Shown here: piece after piece, positions 42,762 through 51,863 of the stretch
How positions within the stretch are numbered: the stretch's first letter is position 1
Layout of the letters: the number at the start of each line of letters is the position of its first letter
Assembly (NCBI GenBank): GCA_900551745.1
Contig: URXA01000002.1
Location: 140,855-204,854 of the forward strand
DNA length: 64,000 bases
Reading direction: 5' to 3'
DNA from: an uncultured Phascolarctobacterium sp.
GTDB lineage: Bacteria; Bacillota; Negativicutes; Acidaminococcales; Acidaminococcaceae
The notes under the pieces: model-generated
Databases searched by the model: none
The model's input: only the letters and a program-made list of their open reading frames with translations
What the model was told of the DNA's origin: nothing
Translations under genes and position numbers: made by a program

Positions 42762-45128
42762 ATGAATATAGTAGAAACTGGAATGAAAATAGATTTGCAT
42801 ATTCATTCAAAAGCATCTTCGGCAAAAGATGGAGCAAAAGTTAAAAATAATACGAAAGAAAACCTACCGCTGTTAGTCGGCAAGTTAAATGACAATGAAG
42901 TAAATATTTGTGCCATCACTGACCATGACGTTTTTTCCTATGAACTTTATAGCGAACTAAAAAAAGCAGAAATAGAAGATAATACTATTAAAAAAGTTTT
43001 ACCCGGAGTTGAATTTTCAGTTCAATTTTCTTTGGATAATAGTATAAGCCCAATTCATATAATAGCAATATTTTCTGACTTAGATGATGAAAAAGTTAAA
43101 AAAATAGCTGAAATTTTAGACATAAATAACCCCTCTACAGGTGGGGCTTATTCAGAAGAAGAATTTTTGTCAATTTTGAGAGAAATAGATATTGATACAA
43201 TTTTAATTGCACATCAAAAAAACAGTCTATCTAGTCAAAAACCGAGAAAAAATGATGCAAATTCACTTGGAAATGCAAAGTTTTTAGAATTTGTTTATAC
43301 GGATTATTTTGAGGCATTTGAATTTAAAAACAAAAGAAATGAAATACTAAATAAAGCCTTTTTAACCACATCAAATCTAGAGGAATCTTTACGTTTTATT
43401 ACAGGAACTGATTGCCATGATTGGAGCTGTTATCCAGCTGAAGATTTATCCGACAAGATGACTGACTTTCCATATACATATGCAAAATGTTTACCTACAT
43501 TTAAAGGCCTAGTAATGGCAATTACAGACTATTCTCGTTTGAAAACAGTAAATAGCTTTTTTAATGGTTCACAGCAATATGTAAAAAAGATGTCGCTTAA
43601 GGTAGAGAATACTATTTTTGATGTCCCCCTATCTCAAGGCATCAATGTTATTATCGGTGATAATTCTATAGGTAAATCATTGTTATTACATGCATTGACA
43701 AATTTCGAAAAGCCGGGGGCAATGAAATTACCAGCAAAAACAAAGAGTGGATATATGAAATATATCCAAAAGAACAAACTTGAAATTATGTCAAAAATAC
43801 CTATTGAAGGAATTTTTTGTTTTGATATGCAGGGCGAGGTACGTGCTAAGTTTGAAGAAAATAAATTAAATGCGTCTGATTTTCTAAGAGAATATTTTCC
43901 TCCTCCATTAAACTCACGCGTATATAGAAATGCTGTCGAAAACGAAATAAAGCGCATGATACAATACTTAAAGAAAAAATTTGATATTGAATCTCAAATA
44001 AACAAGTTAAATGTGTTTGAAATTCCAATTATTGAAACAGCGCCTGAAAGTCTTACATATATTCAAAATTTAAGAAAAAGTAAGCAAAAAACAGAAAAGC
44101 AAGTAGCTGTATTTTCTAAAATCAATGAGATAGTTAATGAATTAGAAGAATTACTTAAACTTGATATTGGTAAAAGTGATTCAGAATATATTTTATCAAC
44201 TATTCAGTTATTTAAAGTCATGAAAGAGAAATACAACCGAAAGATAAAATGCATAGAAAGTGAAAATGAAAAAGTTGAAAAAGTAGCAAAAGCTATTGCT
44301 GGAGTAGCAGAAAAGCATAAAAAGACTGTTACTGATAACCAAAAAACATATTCCTCTTTTTCGGAGAAAACCGATAATTTGATTGAGCAAATTGTCGATT
44401 TATTGAAAAAGAGAAAAAGACTTAGTGGTTACAAACCTCAATTATTAGAAAAACATATAAGACCAAATAGCAGTAAGATATTTGATTATGAATTCATATC
44501 AAAACTTAACATTGAAAGGATAGACACTGATTATATAAATGCTTTGGTCAATAGTACATTAAAAATAAGGAAAAAAATTGATTGGGATACAATTACAGAA
44601 CCAGTATTAAAGAATTCTTTGCTGAAATATGATGAGTCCATACCTGTTCTTGAGTTCTTTGAATTAAAAATCAAAGAAAGATTAGATAAAGATTTTGAAA
44701 ATACCAATGCAATTATTTTTCAGGGAATGGACAAATATGAAGAAATGTCTTCTGGTCTAGATGCAAAGATATACTTTGACTTGCTCTCTTACGAAGTTAC
44801 GAGAAGTGGAGTTTACATTATTGACCAACCCGAGGACAATATTTCACAGAGTGCTATTAGAAATTATTTACTAAGTAGGTTTAAAACCATGGGAGAAAAT
44901 AGACAAATAATTATGGTAACACATAATCCACAGTTCATCGTCAACTTAGATATAGACAATCTGGTTTTCATTTCAAAAAAAGACGGTAAAATTAAGATTC
45001 AGTCTGGAGCATTAGAATACGCTTGTACAGAATATAATGTTCTGGATATTGTAGCACAAAATATTGATGGTGGCTTAGAAACAATACAAAAGAGGTGGAA
45101 AAGATATGACAAGGTTGCTAGCATTTAA
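42762..45128 (+). CDS. PHP phosphoesterase + coiled-coil ABC-type ATPase fusion (Ppl/TrlF-like anti-phage protein)
   Basis: PHP motifs DLHIHS, ITDHD, GVE, HIIAIF, IAH, GTDCH; Walker A GDNSIGKS; signature-like MSSG; Walker B IIDQPEDN; H-loop VTHN. Confidence 0.85.
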   Translation: MNIVETGMKIDLHIHSKASSAKDGAKVKNNTKENLPLLVGKLNDNEVNICAITDHDVFSYELYSELKKAEIEDNTIKKVLPGVEFSVQFSLDNSISPIHIIAIFSDLDDEKVKKIAEILDINNPSTGGAYSEEEFLSILREIDIDTILIAHQKNSLSSQKPRKNDANSLGNAKFLEFVYTDYFEAFEFKNKRNEILNKAFLTTSNLEESLRFITGTDCHDWSCYPAEDLSDKMTDFPYTYAKCLPTFKGLVMAITDYSRLKTVNSFFNGSQQYVKKMSLKVENTIFDVPLSQGINVIIGDNSIGKSLLLHALTNFEKPGAMKLPAKTKSGYMKYIQKNKLEIMSKIPIEGIFCFDMQGEVRAKFEENKLNASDFLREYFPPPLNSRVYRNAVENEIKRMIQYLKKKFDIESQINKLNVFEIPIIETAPESLTYIQNLRKSKQKTEKQVAVFSKINEIVNELEELLKLDIGKSDSEYILSTIQLFKVMKEKYNRKIKCIESENEKVEKVAKAIAGVAEKHKKTVTDNQKTYSSFSEKTDNLIEQIVDLLKKRKRLSGYKPQLLEKHIRPNSSKIFDYEFISKLNIERIDTDYINALVNSTLKIRKKIDWDTITEPVLKNSLLKYDESIPVLEFFELKIKERLDKDFENTNAIIFQGMDKYEEMSSGLDAKIYFDLLSYEVTRSGVYIIDQPEDNISQSAIRNYLLSRFKTMGENRQIIMVTHNPQFIVNLDIDNLVFISKKDGKIKIQSGALEYACTEYNVLDIVAQNIDGGLETIQKRWKRYDKVASI

Positions 45129-45777
45129 TTATATTGATAACGAATATTTGATTCAAGAAAATAATGAGACTATTTTTCAAATTAACGCTGATGATTTAAG
45201 GTTTGATTCTTTAAAATTTTATCAAGGCCTTTATCAAAGACACAATGGTTCCACAAAAATCGTATTAGAAAATCAAATTACAAATGATCCCCTTAAAAAG
45301 GGAAATTATATTTTTCAATGGCTAAATAAACTTATTGAAAATATTTATATAGAATTTCATGGTGTAAGAGATGATTTTCCAGGAGACACTGAGCAAGTTC
45401 CACAAGGGAAAATAATTCCGCTATATGAGTTGGCGGCATGTGCAGGTAATGGTTTTTATATAGATGGAGATGTTTCATCAGAAGATCATGAATCGGATAA
45501 TTCGAATGCCGATTTTGCTATAAGAATTTCTGGAAAGAGTATGGAACCAACCATACCAGATGGTAGTATTGCCTTAATAGAAGATGTTGAAGTTTTAGCT
45601 CACGAAGATATTGGAATTTTTGTTTTGGATGGCGAAGTGATGTGTAAACGTTATTTGATAATAGATGGATATACATACTTAGCTCCTGACAATGACTCTG
45701 ATGAATTCAAAACTATAAGAATCGGCGAAAATAATAGATGCGATATTCAAGGTAAAGTTTTAGGAATTGAAAATTAA
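45106..45777 (+). CDS. S24 (LexA/UmuD-type) autopeptidase fused to an unrecognised N-terminal domain
   Basis: IPLYELAACAG-NG (Ala-Gly site), GKSMEP (Ser), MCKR (Lys), LAPDN, IQGKVLG; overlaps the upstream gene by 23 nt with SD GAGGTG. Confidence 0.85.
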   Translation: MTRLLAFNYIDNEYLIQENNETIFQINADDLRFDSLKFYQGLYQRHNGSTKIVLENQITNDPLKKGNYIFQWLNKLIENIYIEFHGVRDDFPGDTEQVPQGKIIPLYELAACAGNGFYIDGDVSSEDHESDNSNADFAIRISGKSMEPTIPDGSIALIEDVEVLAHEDIGIFVLDGEVMCKRYLIIDGYTYLAPDNDSDEFKTIRIGENNRCDIQGKVLGIEN

Positions 45778-46195
45778 ATTATAAAGACGCGGCTAATGAA
45801 AAGGAAAACCTATATCTGATTTTGTTTTTTTACTTTCATGTAAAGGTTGGCAAAATAAGATTCTTAAAACCTTATAGATATAAGTTGCCGATACTTTTTC
45901 GATTATTGGAGAAAAAATGAATTGAGAGCAATAAAATTATGGCGATTGCTGGAACGAATGGGAACACGTAATTAGTCTGTAATTTCGACTTGTACTTATT
46001 TAATTCGATAAAGAAAACCGTCGAAATTTGTCGCATAGGTATGGCAGAGATAATAGCAGGAATATAATAAAATTACTAAGTTTTAATATATCATTACCTA
46101 TTACTAAATAATATATTAATTGTAATACGGCTTTATCATATTTATTCATTTCTATGTTATAATACCTTTAACTAACCACAAACGAGGTGAACTTT

Positions 46196-46396
46196 ATGGA
46201 AAAATTCATTCCATTCGCCAAGCTGTCGAAAAAATCACAGCAGGCGATCAACAAAAGCCGTCGCAAAAACTGGGGCAACATTGACCCGGTAACCAAACGC
46301 CCCGCAAATGCCAAAGCGTACAACCGCAAAAAAGCTCGGGCCTGGAAAGATACTTTTCCAACGTCTGAGCTTTTTTATTATCTTGTTAAGTTTTAA
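46196..46396 (+). CDS. Small basic hypothetical protein
   Basis: SD GAGGTG; MEKFIPFAKLSKK...WGNIDPVTKRP..AKAYNRKK; recalled (unverified) as typical of clostridial mobile elements. Confidence 0.6.
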   Translation: MEKFIPFAKLSKKSQQAINKSRRKNWGNIDPVTKRPANAKAYNRKKARAWKDTFPTSELFYYLVKF

Positions 46397-46498
46397 AACA
46401 AAATTTATTTATATTGTTGACTAAAAAAGTTGCATCCTTTCAAAGTCGTAGTATAATAGGCATTATAATAAATTTAAAGTTTTTGAGGGGATGCACTT

Positions 46499-47554
46499 AT
46501 GCAAACAAAAAAATTAAGATACCTGCTGCTGTTTGCCGTTATCGCAATAGCCGCCGCAGTGGTCTGGTACTTTGCCTACTGGGTCAAAACGCCACAGTAT
46601 TCGCTGGGCCTTATTGGCAGCGCGGTACAAAAGCACGATTTTGCGGCTTTTGAAAAGCACGTCGATATGGAAACACTTTACAGCAGCGCTTATGACGATG
46701 TCGTTGTTGCCTCTTTTGGCAACGAACGCCTGTCAAGCCCGATTCTGGCTGCGTTAGTACAGAATATCAAAGGTGTTGCCGTCCCGATCCTGATCGACCA
46801 GACCAGACAATACGTCAACGGCGGTAATATGGAAGAAGCAGATCCCAGTGATGCCGACTCGCCGATGCTGCAAAACAACGGTACTGATATCGTCAATAAT
46901 CTGAAAAACAAGACAGGCGTCAATTCTATGCAGTATCAGGGTGTGGAAAAGATTCAGAAAAATGGCAGCATCGCTGTCGTAACCATCAAAGTTTTTGACA
47001 GCGAATTAGGCAAGCATTTTTTAGTAGAGCTTGCTATGCAGCAGCTTACTGACGATACCTGGCAGATAACCAAGATCAACAATCTGAAAACTTTGATCAA
47101 TGAACGTGATCAGGCCTTACAAAACAAACTGGCTGAGCTTAACGCTCCTGTGCAAAAGCAGATCGACGACGCTGTTGCCGTTGCTCCGCAAAAAATCTTT
47201 ATAACTTCGGCTCCTTATTCCGGCGTTATCCGCCTGTTAGAAGCCGATATTCAGCTGACTAACAACGCAGTGAAGGAGTTGCAGTATTTTACCGGAGTTC
47301 TGGAGCTTTACAACGCTGATAATGAATTATTTTACAGTGGCAATTTTGCCAGCAGCAAAGACCTGGCCGCCAAGCAAGCAGCAGTTTATAAATTCAACTG
47401 GGAACTGAACCCCTTTCTGACTGATGATGCCAAGGTTATGAACAGTGATTTCAGCAAAGTGACCTGGAAGGCTTCTCTAAGCAGTCTGGCCTTTGCCGAC
47501 GGCTCTACAATCGAGCTTTTAACGCAGCTGCCTGTTAAAACAGCAACTAAATAA
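46499..47554 (+). CDS. Membrane-anchored hypothetical protein (DUF2939-like N-terminus)
   Basis: N-terminal TM then TPQYSL...HD...FEKHVD; later WQITKINN. Confidence 0.65.
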   Translation: MQTKKLRYLLLFAVIAIAAAVVWYFAYWVKTPQYSLGLIGSAVQKHDFAAFEKHVDMETLYSSAYDDVVVASFGNERLSSPILAALVQNIKGVAVPILIDQTRQYVNGGNMEEADPSDADSPMLQNNGTDIVNNLKNKTGVNSMQYQGVEKIQKNGSIAVVTIKVFDSELGKHFLVELAMQQLTDDTWQITKINNLKTLINERDQALQNKLAELNAPVQKQIDDAVAVAPQKIFITSAPYSGVIRLLEADIQLTNNAVKELQYFTGVLELYNADNELFYSGNFASSKDLAAKQAAVYKFNWELNPFLTDDAKVMNSDFSKVTWKASLSSLAFADGSTIELLTQLPVKTATK

Positions 47555-47561
47555 AAACCTG

Positions 47562-47600
47562 AAAGCCGTAACGCCGATCCAACAGCGTTACGGCTTTTTT
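47562..47600. terminator. Bidirectional terminator closing the 47.6-52.3 kb cluster
   Basis: AAAGCCGTAACGC...GCGTTACGGCTTT. Confidence 0.85.
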
Positions 47601-47601
47601 A

Positions 47602-48126
47602 TTACCACTGACAGCAGGCTTTCGCTTTGCTGCGAATCAAAGCACCGCCATCTTGCAAAGTTCCGTCGGCAGTTGCCAGCTTCCACAGATCCCATCTTTC
47701 AAAGGTCGTTGCCGGCCCATAATCATCAAGGTCAGCCGCTTCTGCATGGGTCATAACATAATTATCGTCGATCGGTAAATCCAGTCCCCGGCACAAAACA
47801 GCTACTACCCGCTCCAAGGTTTCTAACTGCTGCCGTGTAGGCGGCACGCTGCCAAAGTCCACACTGCCATCGGCATAAGCCACCGCATCGACGCAGCAGC
47901 AGATGCTTACCGCAACTGCGCCGCTGTTACGATGCCAGGTATGCTCTTTATATTCTGTCAGTTTCCCGCAGCTGCTCCACACTGTACCGTCACCTGTGAT
48001 ATTCAGGTGATAGTCGTCATAAGTATTGTTATAATGCCCCGCCGTCCAGTGCAAATAAATCTTTCTGATCTCACCTTTGGCGTTTTCAGCCAGCGCCGCC
48101 AATTCCTGCAATGTTATTTCACGCAT
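47602..48126 (-). CDS. N-acetylmuramoyl-L-alanine amidase (Amidase_2-like), no signal peptide
   Basis: IYLHWTAG, YH...DG, HTWHRNS, PT..Q, VMTHAE. Confidence 0.85.
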   Translation of the reverse strand: MREITLQELAALAENAKGEIRKIYLHWTAGHYNNTYDDYHLNITGDGTVWSSCGKLTEYKEHTWHRNSGAVAVSICCCVDAVAYADGSVDFGSVPPTRQQLETLERVVAVLCRGLDLPIDDNYVMTHAEAADLDDYGPATTFERWDLWKLATADGTLQDGGALIRSKAKACCQW

Positions 48127-48142
48127 TTTCTATCCCTCCGTC

Positions 48143-49141
48143 TCAGGCTGCCTGTGCCTGCTGCTCATCATAAAACTTCTCAACAGTTATATCACAGGTT
48201 TTGCCATTGCTTTTTATAATAATATCGCCGCATAAAGCTGTATTGAAAACATCGGCCTGTAAATTGTACAGTCTTTGTACCACCTCCGGGCTGGGATGCT
48301 TATATTTATTACCTTCGCCGCTGCTGATGACCGCTATCTTCGGTTTGACAGCAGCTAAAAATTCATTGATCGATGATGTTTTACTGCCGTGATGCGCCAC
48401 CTTTAAAACCTGCGCCTGTAGTGCCGCAGTGTCAGTTTGCAGCAGATCACGTTCTACTTCGGCCTGAATATCCCCGGTCAGCAGCATTGCAAAATCTTTA
48501 TACTCCAACCGCAGTACCAGACTGTTGTTATTGGTGTCAGAAGGAGTCCCCTTATACAGCGTCTGCGGACTCAGGACCTTCAGCTTCACCATTTCATTGA
48601 CCGGAACTTCCTGACCGCCGCGCAGTACTTCAAAAGGAATCTGTTCCTTTTCTATCTGCAAACGAAAGTCGTTATACATTTTAGTTTTATAGTTCTGACC
48701 GCTGTCATAAACCTGTTTTACCGGGAACCTGTTCAGCACCGCTTTCATCCCGCCGATATGGTCGGCATGCGGATGTGTAGCGATCAGCATATCGATCTGC
48801 TCGACATGATTTTCTTCCAGCTTAGTCAGCAGCCTGGCAGCTTCGCTGCGGTCGCCGCTGTCGATCAGGATATTTTTCCCCTGCATTTGTACCAGGATAC
48901 TGTCTCCCTGTCCAATATCCAAAGCTGTAACGGCAAGGATATCGTCAGCAGTTTTCACAGCTTCCTGTGTTTTTGCCTCCGCTTTTGGCGGCATTTCTTC
49001 GGGCACTGCAGTATCCATTGCCTGCAACTGCTCCAGCAAAACCGGCACATAACTTTTTATCAGCTCGCTGTCTTTAGTAACAACGCCGGCGGCAAGCACC
49101 AGCGCAGCCAAAAGTATCGCTAAAAATGAAGTCTTCTTCAT
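48143..49141 (-). CDS. Exported ComEC-type metallo-beta-lactamase-fold hydrolase (putative nuclease/phosphodiesterase)
   Basis: N-terminal hydrophobic segment; DIGQGD, THPHADHIGG, NNNS, TGD, HHGS, YKHP. Confidence 0.88.
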   Translation of the reverse strand: MKKTSFLAILLAALVLAAGVVTKDSELIKSYVPVLLEQLQAMDTAVPEEMPPKAEAKTQEAVKTADDILAVTALDIGQGDSILVQMQGKNILIDSGDRSEAARLLTKLEENHVEQIDMLIATHPHADHIGGMKAVLNRFPVKQVYDSGQNYKTKMYNDFRLQIEKEQIPFEVLRGGQEVPVNEMVKLKVLSPQTLYKGTPSDTNNNSLVLRLEYKDFAMLLTGDIQAEVERDLLQTDTAALQAQVLKVAHHGSKTSSINEFLAAVKPKIAVISSGEGNKYKHPSPEVVQRLYNLQADVFNTALCGDIIIKSNGKTCDITVEKFYDEQQAQAA

Positions 49142-49153
49142 ATGTTCCGCTCC

Positions 49154-50392
49154 TTAATTTAAATGCAGATCGTGATGCAGCGGCTTAAAAACACTCATTT
49201 TACCGCCGCGCTCCAGCACTGCTGTTGCAAAACCTGCGTCATAATCCGGCAGCTCCGGCATTTTGCTTTGCTGCAGCTGTTCATTGCCAGGCAGCAGCAA
49301 TCTTAAAGCATAATCTATTTTTACCGCTCCCAGCCACATCAGATACTCTATCTCGACATCGTGGAAGCCGTCCATATCGGTCCTTAGTGCAGCACACAGC
49401 TGTTCCACCTGCAATAGCTGTTCCATATTCATTCCTCTGGTTCCACGCTCGCGCCAATATTCTATGATCCTGCCTATCCCACGACCTAAAATAAGCTGCT
49501 GATGCTGTTTAACCTCAAAAAGCAGACGGCGGCGCAGATACACGACCTGATCCAGCCCTACTGCCAAAGTGCGGTTGGCAAGCTCCAACTTACTCATGTG
49601 TGAATTATCCCACAAAGGTTGGCTTGCGCCGGATGCATCCAGCATCAGTAATGGAACAGGCGATTTCAACATACTTTCGCTGCCCAGATTATCATAAACG
49701 CCGCCATCAGTCAGATAGAGCTTGGCCGGATTTTCCGGTTTCTGCGTTCCCGTACCGTAAAGATCCCTGAATTCTCTTGCCTCTACATCCAGCTCCAAAG
49801 GTGCGAAGCCTACCGGATATGCAGCCGAAGCCGCAACGGCAAAAGCAATGGAGATATCGTCGATATCACTGCTGCGCCCCAGCAGATAACCGTAAATATC
49901 ACTACTTTTAAACCTGAATCTTTTTAAGGTATTGATACATGTAGCATTGCAGCTCCATTCTGTCGCTGCCTCTGCCTGCTTCATTTTTCTGCCTTCAAAC
50001 AGTTCTTCGTCCAACACCTGTGGAAAAGCTTTACTCATCTTCGGCCTTAAAGCAGCCGCCAGAGCCAACTGCTGCAGCTTGGGCAGATATGGCAGCAGAT
50101 AAGCGAGCCAGGATGCTTTTGTCATGATACGCCTGCGGAAATTGCACTGCCCCAGATTGATCAGTTTCGTTGTCACCCGCCTGTCAAAATCAAGCAAACT
50201 GCTGAAATCACCTTCTGCCAAAGCGCTGATGACAGCACCTGCAGCAATACTGCCGCCGGACACAGAGGTTATTTCGCTGACATGCTTTTCAAATCCCAGC
50301 TCTACTAATCTGCGGTAAGCCCCCAGACAGTAAAACGTAGCTCTGAAACCGCCGCCGCTGAACCCCAGATTGATCTTATTATCTATTTCCAC
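49154..50392 (-). CDS. Patatin-like phospholipase
   Basis: FSGGGFRA, SVSGGS (nucleophile), ASAAYP, DGGVYDN; GTG 50392 after SD AGGAGG. Confidence 0.92.
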   Translation of the reverse strand: MEIDNKINLGFSGGGFRATFYCLGAYRRLVELGFEKHVSEITSVSGGSIAAGAVISALAEGDFSSLLDFDRRVTTKLINLGQCNFRRRIMTKASWLAYLLPYLPKLQQLALAAALRPKMSKAFPQVLDEELFEGRKMKQAEAATEWSCNATCINTLKRFRFKSSDIYGYLLGRSSDIDDISIAFAVAASAAYPVGFAPLELDVEAREFRDLYGTGTQKPENPAKLYLTDGGVYDNLGSESMLKSPVPLLMLDASGASQPLWDNSHMSKLELANRTLAVGLDQVVYLRRRLLFEVKQHQQLILGRGIGRIIEYWRERGTRGMNMEQLLQVEQLCAALRTDMDGFHDVEIEYLMWLGAVKIDYALRLLLPGNEQLQQSKMPELPDYDAGFATAVLERGGKMSVFKPLHHDLHLN

Positions 50393-50409
50393 TTCATTTT
50401 CCCTCCTTT

Positions 50410-50440
50410 GAAAAAAGCCGCCCATAACAGGCGGCTTTCT
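50410..50440 (-). terminator. Internal intrinsic terminator upstream of the patatin gene
   Basis: AAAGCCGCC-TGTTATG-GGCGGCTTTTTT on the minus strand. Confidence 0.75.
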
Positions 50441-50709
50441 TAATCTTCCAGCCATACCGGCCTTCTGGCAAAACCAACATGATAAACTATGTACTGCATC
50501 ACCACCTGATGCTCACCGATATTCAGCAAATAGAAATTCTTCTCCTGTCCGATGATCCGTCCGCGCGGAGAATCTGACAGACAGCGGTTCAGCAGCTGAC
50601 GCTGCTTTTCAATGTCTTCCTCATTTACTGTTTTTTCTGGATCGGTATTGCCGATAACAACACGTTTTACATAGCCCACCGCACTTACATCAAATGGTTT
50701 CGTCATCAT
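50440..50709 (-). CDS. Small hypothetical protein downstream of the DUF2589 pair
   Basis: 89 aa, tightly spaced in the operon; KRVVIG...LNRCL...GRIIGQEK...YHVGF.RRP.W. Confidence 0.75.
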   Translation of the reverse strand: MMTKPFDVSAVGYVKRVVIGNTDPEKTVNEEDIEKQRQLLNRCLSDSPRGRIIGQEKNFYLLNIGEHQVVMQYIVYHVGFARRPVWLED

Positions 50710-50731
50710 AGTTACCTGCCTTTACACCTCA

Positions 50732-51370
50732 TCAGGCAACGTCATTATCAGCTGTATAATGTTCTTGCCCCTGTGCTCCTGCTGCCGCAGTTTTCTGGAT
50801 ACTTGTGGGGTTGATCGCCGTATTGAGGATATCCAAAACACGGGACAGACCTTCCGGCATCTCGCCCTGAGTAGCGCGGACCTGCACATGATATTTTGCG
50901 GAATTATCACTCTTACGGGTATTTTCCTTATGACTGGAGATAGAGCCCTTAACTTTGGCTTTCATGCTGAAAGGACCGATCTGCAAACCCATCTCTGCTT
51001 CCAGCTCGCCTTTTTTATCGTCGATTTCCGACTGAGTTTCCGAAGATTTTACTTCCATATCGAAGGTAATATCTACCAGATCGATCGACAGAGACGGAAC
51101 TTTGACCATCGCCAAAAGCGGGATATTCATTTCCACTTTTTCAGAAGCAGGACCATTGCCGTCATCGCCGTTAGCGCTGCGTGTAAAGCTGAACCCTACG
51201 GTACGTACGACCTGTTTATCACCTTCCTTAACCAGGCCGACCTCTTCAATAAAGCGAGCCGTTGCGCCGGCCAGCATCGTCTGTGCGTCACAGGCAGCCT
51301 GCAGCGGGCCGCCGATCAAAGACTCCATTGGCAAACCGCCGAATTCTTCTGCCATTTTTACTAATGCCAT
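50732..51370 (-). CDS. DUF2589-like protein with amphipathic beta-hairpin
   Basis: F.GLPMESLIGGPL.AA..AQ..LA..T..FI..VG; IPLLAMV.VPSL.I..V.I.FDMEV; NTRKSDNSAKYHV...PEGLSRVLD. Confidence 0.8.
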   Translation of the reverse strand: MALVKMAEEFGGLPMESLIGGPLQAACDAQTMLAGATARFIEEVGLVKEGDKQVVRTVGFSFTRSANGDDGNGPASEKVEMNIPLLAMVKVPSLSIDLVDITFDMEVKSSETQSEIDDKKGELEAEMGLQIGPFSMKAKVKGSISSHKENTRKSDNSAKYHVQVRATQGEMPEGLSRVLDILNTAINPTSIQKTAAAGAQGQEHYTADNDVA

Positions 51371-51401
51371 AATTAACTACATCCTTTCTGTTTGTGCTTT
51401 A

Positions 51402-51848
51402 TCAGGGTAGTATTTTCACCATCTGATCATTGATTTTCATAACTGCTTCAGGAGGATCGTTAGACTCAAACAGCAATTCTACATCGACAAAATTATCGGT
51501 ATCCGTTTTGTTGGAAGACAAAATATTTGCCAGCAGACCGCTGTCATTGCTTTTACCATCATCCCAGCTGCTCAGCTTTACCTTAAACTTCAGCTTCATC
51601 TCCTTCAGCTTCAGGGAATTCATCGGTACCAGCGCAATTTTCGGCACCTGCACCAGTACATATTCCAGTTCGCCTGTGTCAGGATTGATACGAGGATATT
51701 GGATATCAAAAGTCAGCGGTTTCTGCGACTCGTCAAAATAACGTTTCATAACATTCAAGTGCTGATTTTCGATCATGCTGTGCGCTTTTAAAATTGATTC
51801 CTGCATCGCTCCCAACAAATTCTCAAAGTATTGCTTTTTCGCCATCAC
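51402..51848 (-). CDS. Shorter DUF2589-like paralog
   Basis: VP.IALVP.NSL.L.E.KLKF.V and F...DPPEAV parallel the neighbouring gene; lacks the long hairpin. Confidence 0.72.
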   Translation of the reverse strand: MMAKKQYFENLLGAMQESILKAHSMIENQHLNVMKRYFDESQKPLTFDIQYPRINPDTGELEYVLVQVPKIALVPMNSLKLKEMKLKFKVKLSSWDDGKSNDSGLLANILSSNKTDTDNFVDVELLFESNDPPEAVMKINDQMVKILP

Positions 51849-51863
51849 GGCTCCTCCTCATAA

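Larger units (their letters stand above)
42350..46400. mobile_element. AT-rich horizontally acquired islet (defence cargo; no integrase in window); boundaries approximate
   Basis: Abrupt shift to AT-rich sequence and codon usage; long non-coding flanks; inverted repeats at the left edge. Confidence 0.6.

Noticed and set aside
45106..45777. lexA or phage CI call
   Set aside because: Only the S24 domain is recognisable. There is no LexA winged helix or XRE HTH pattern at the N-terminus.
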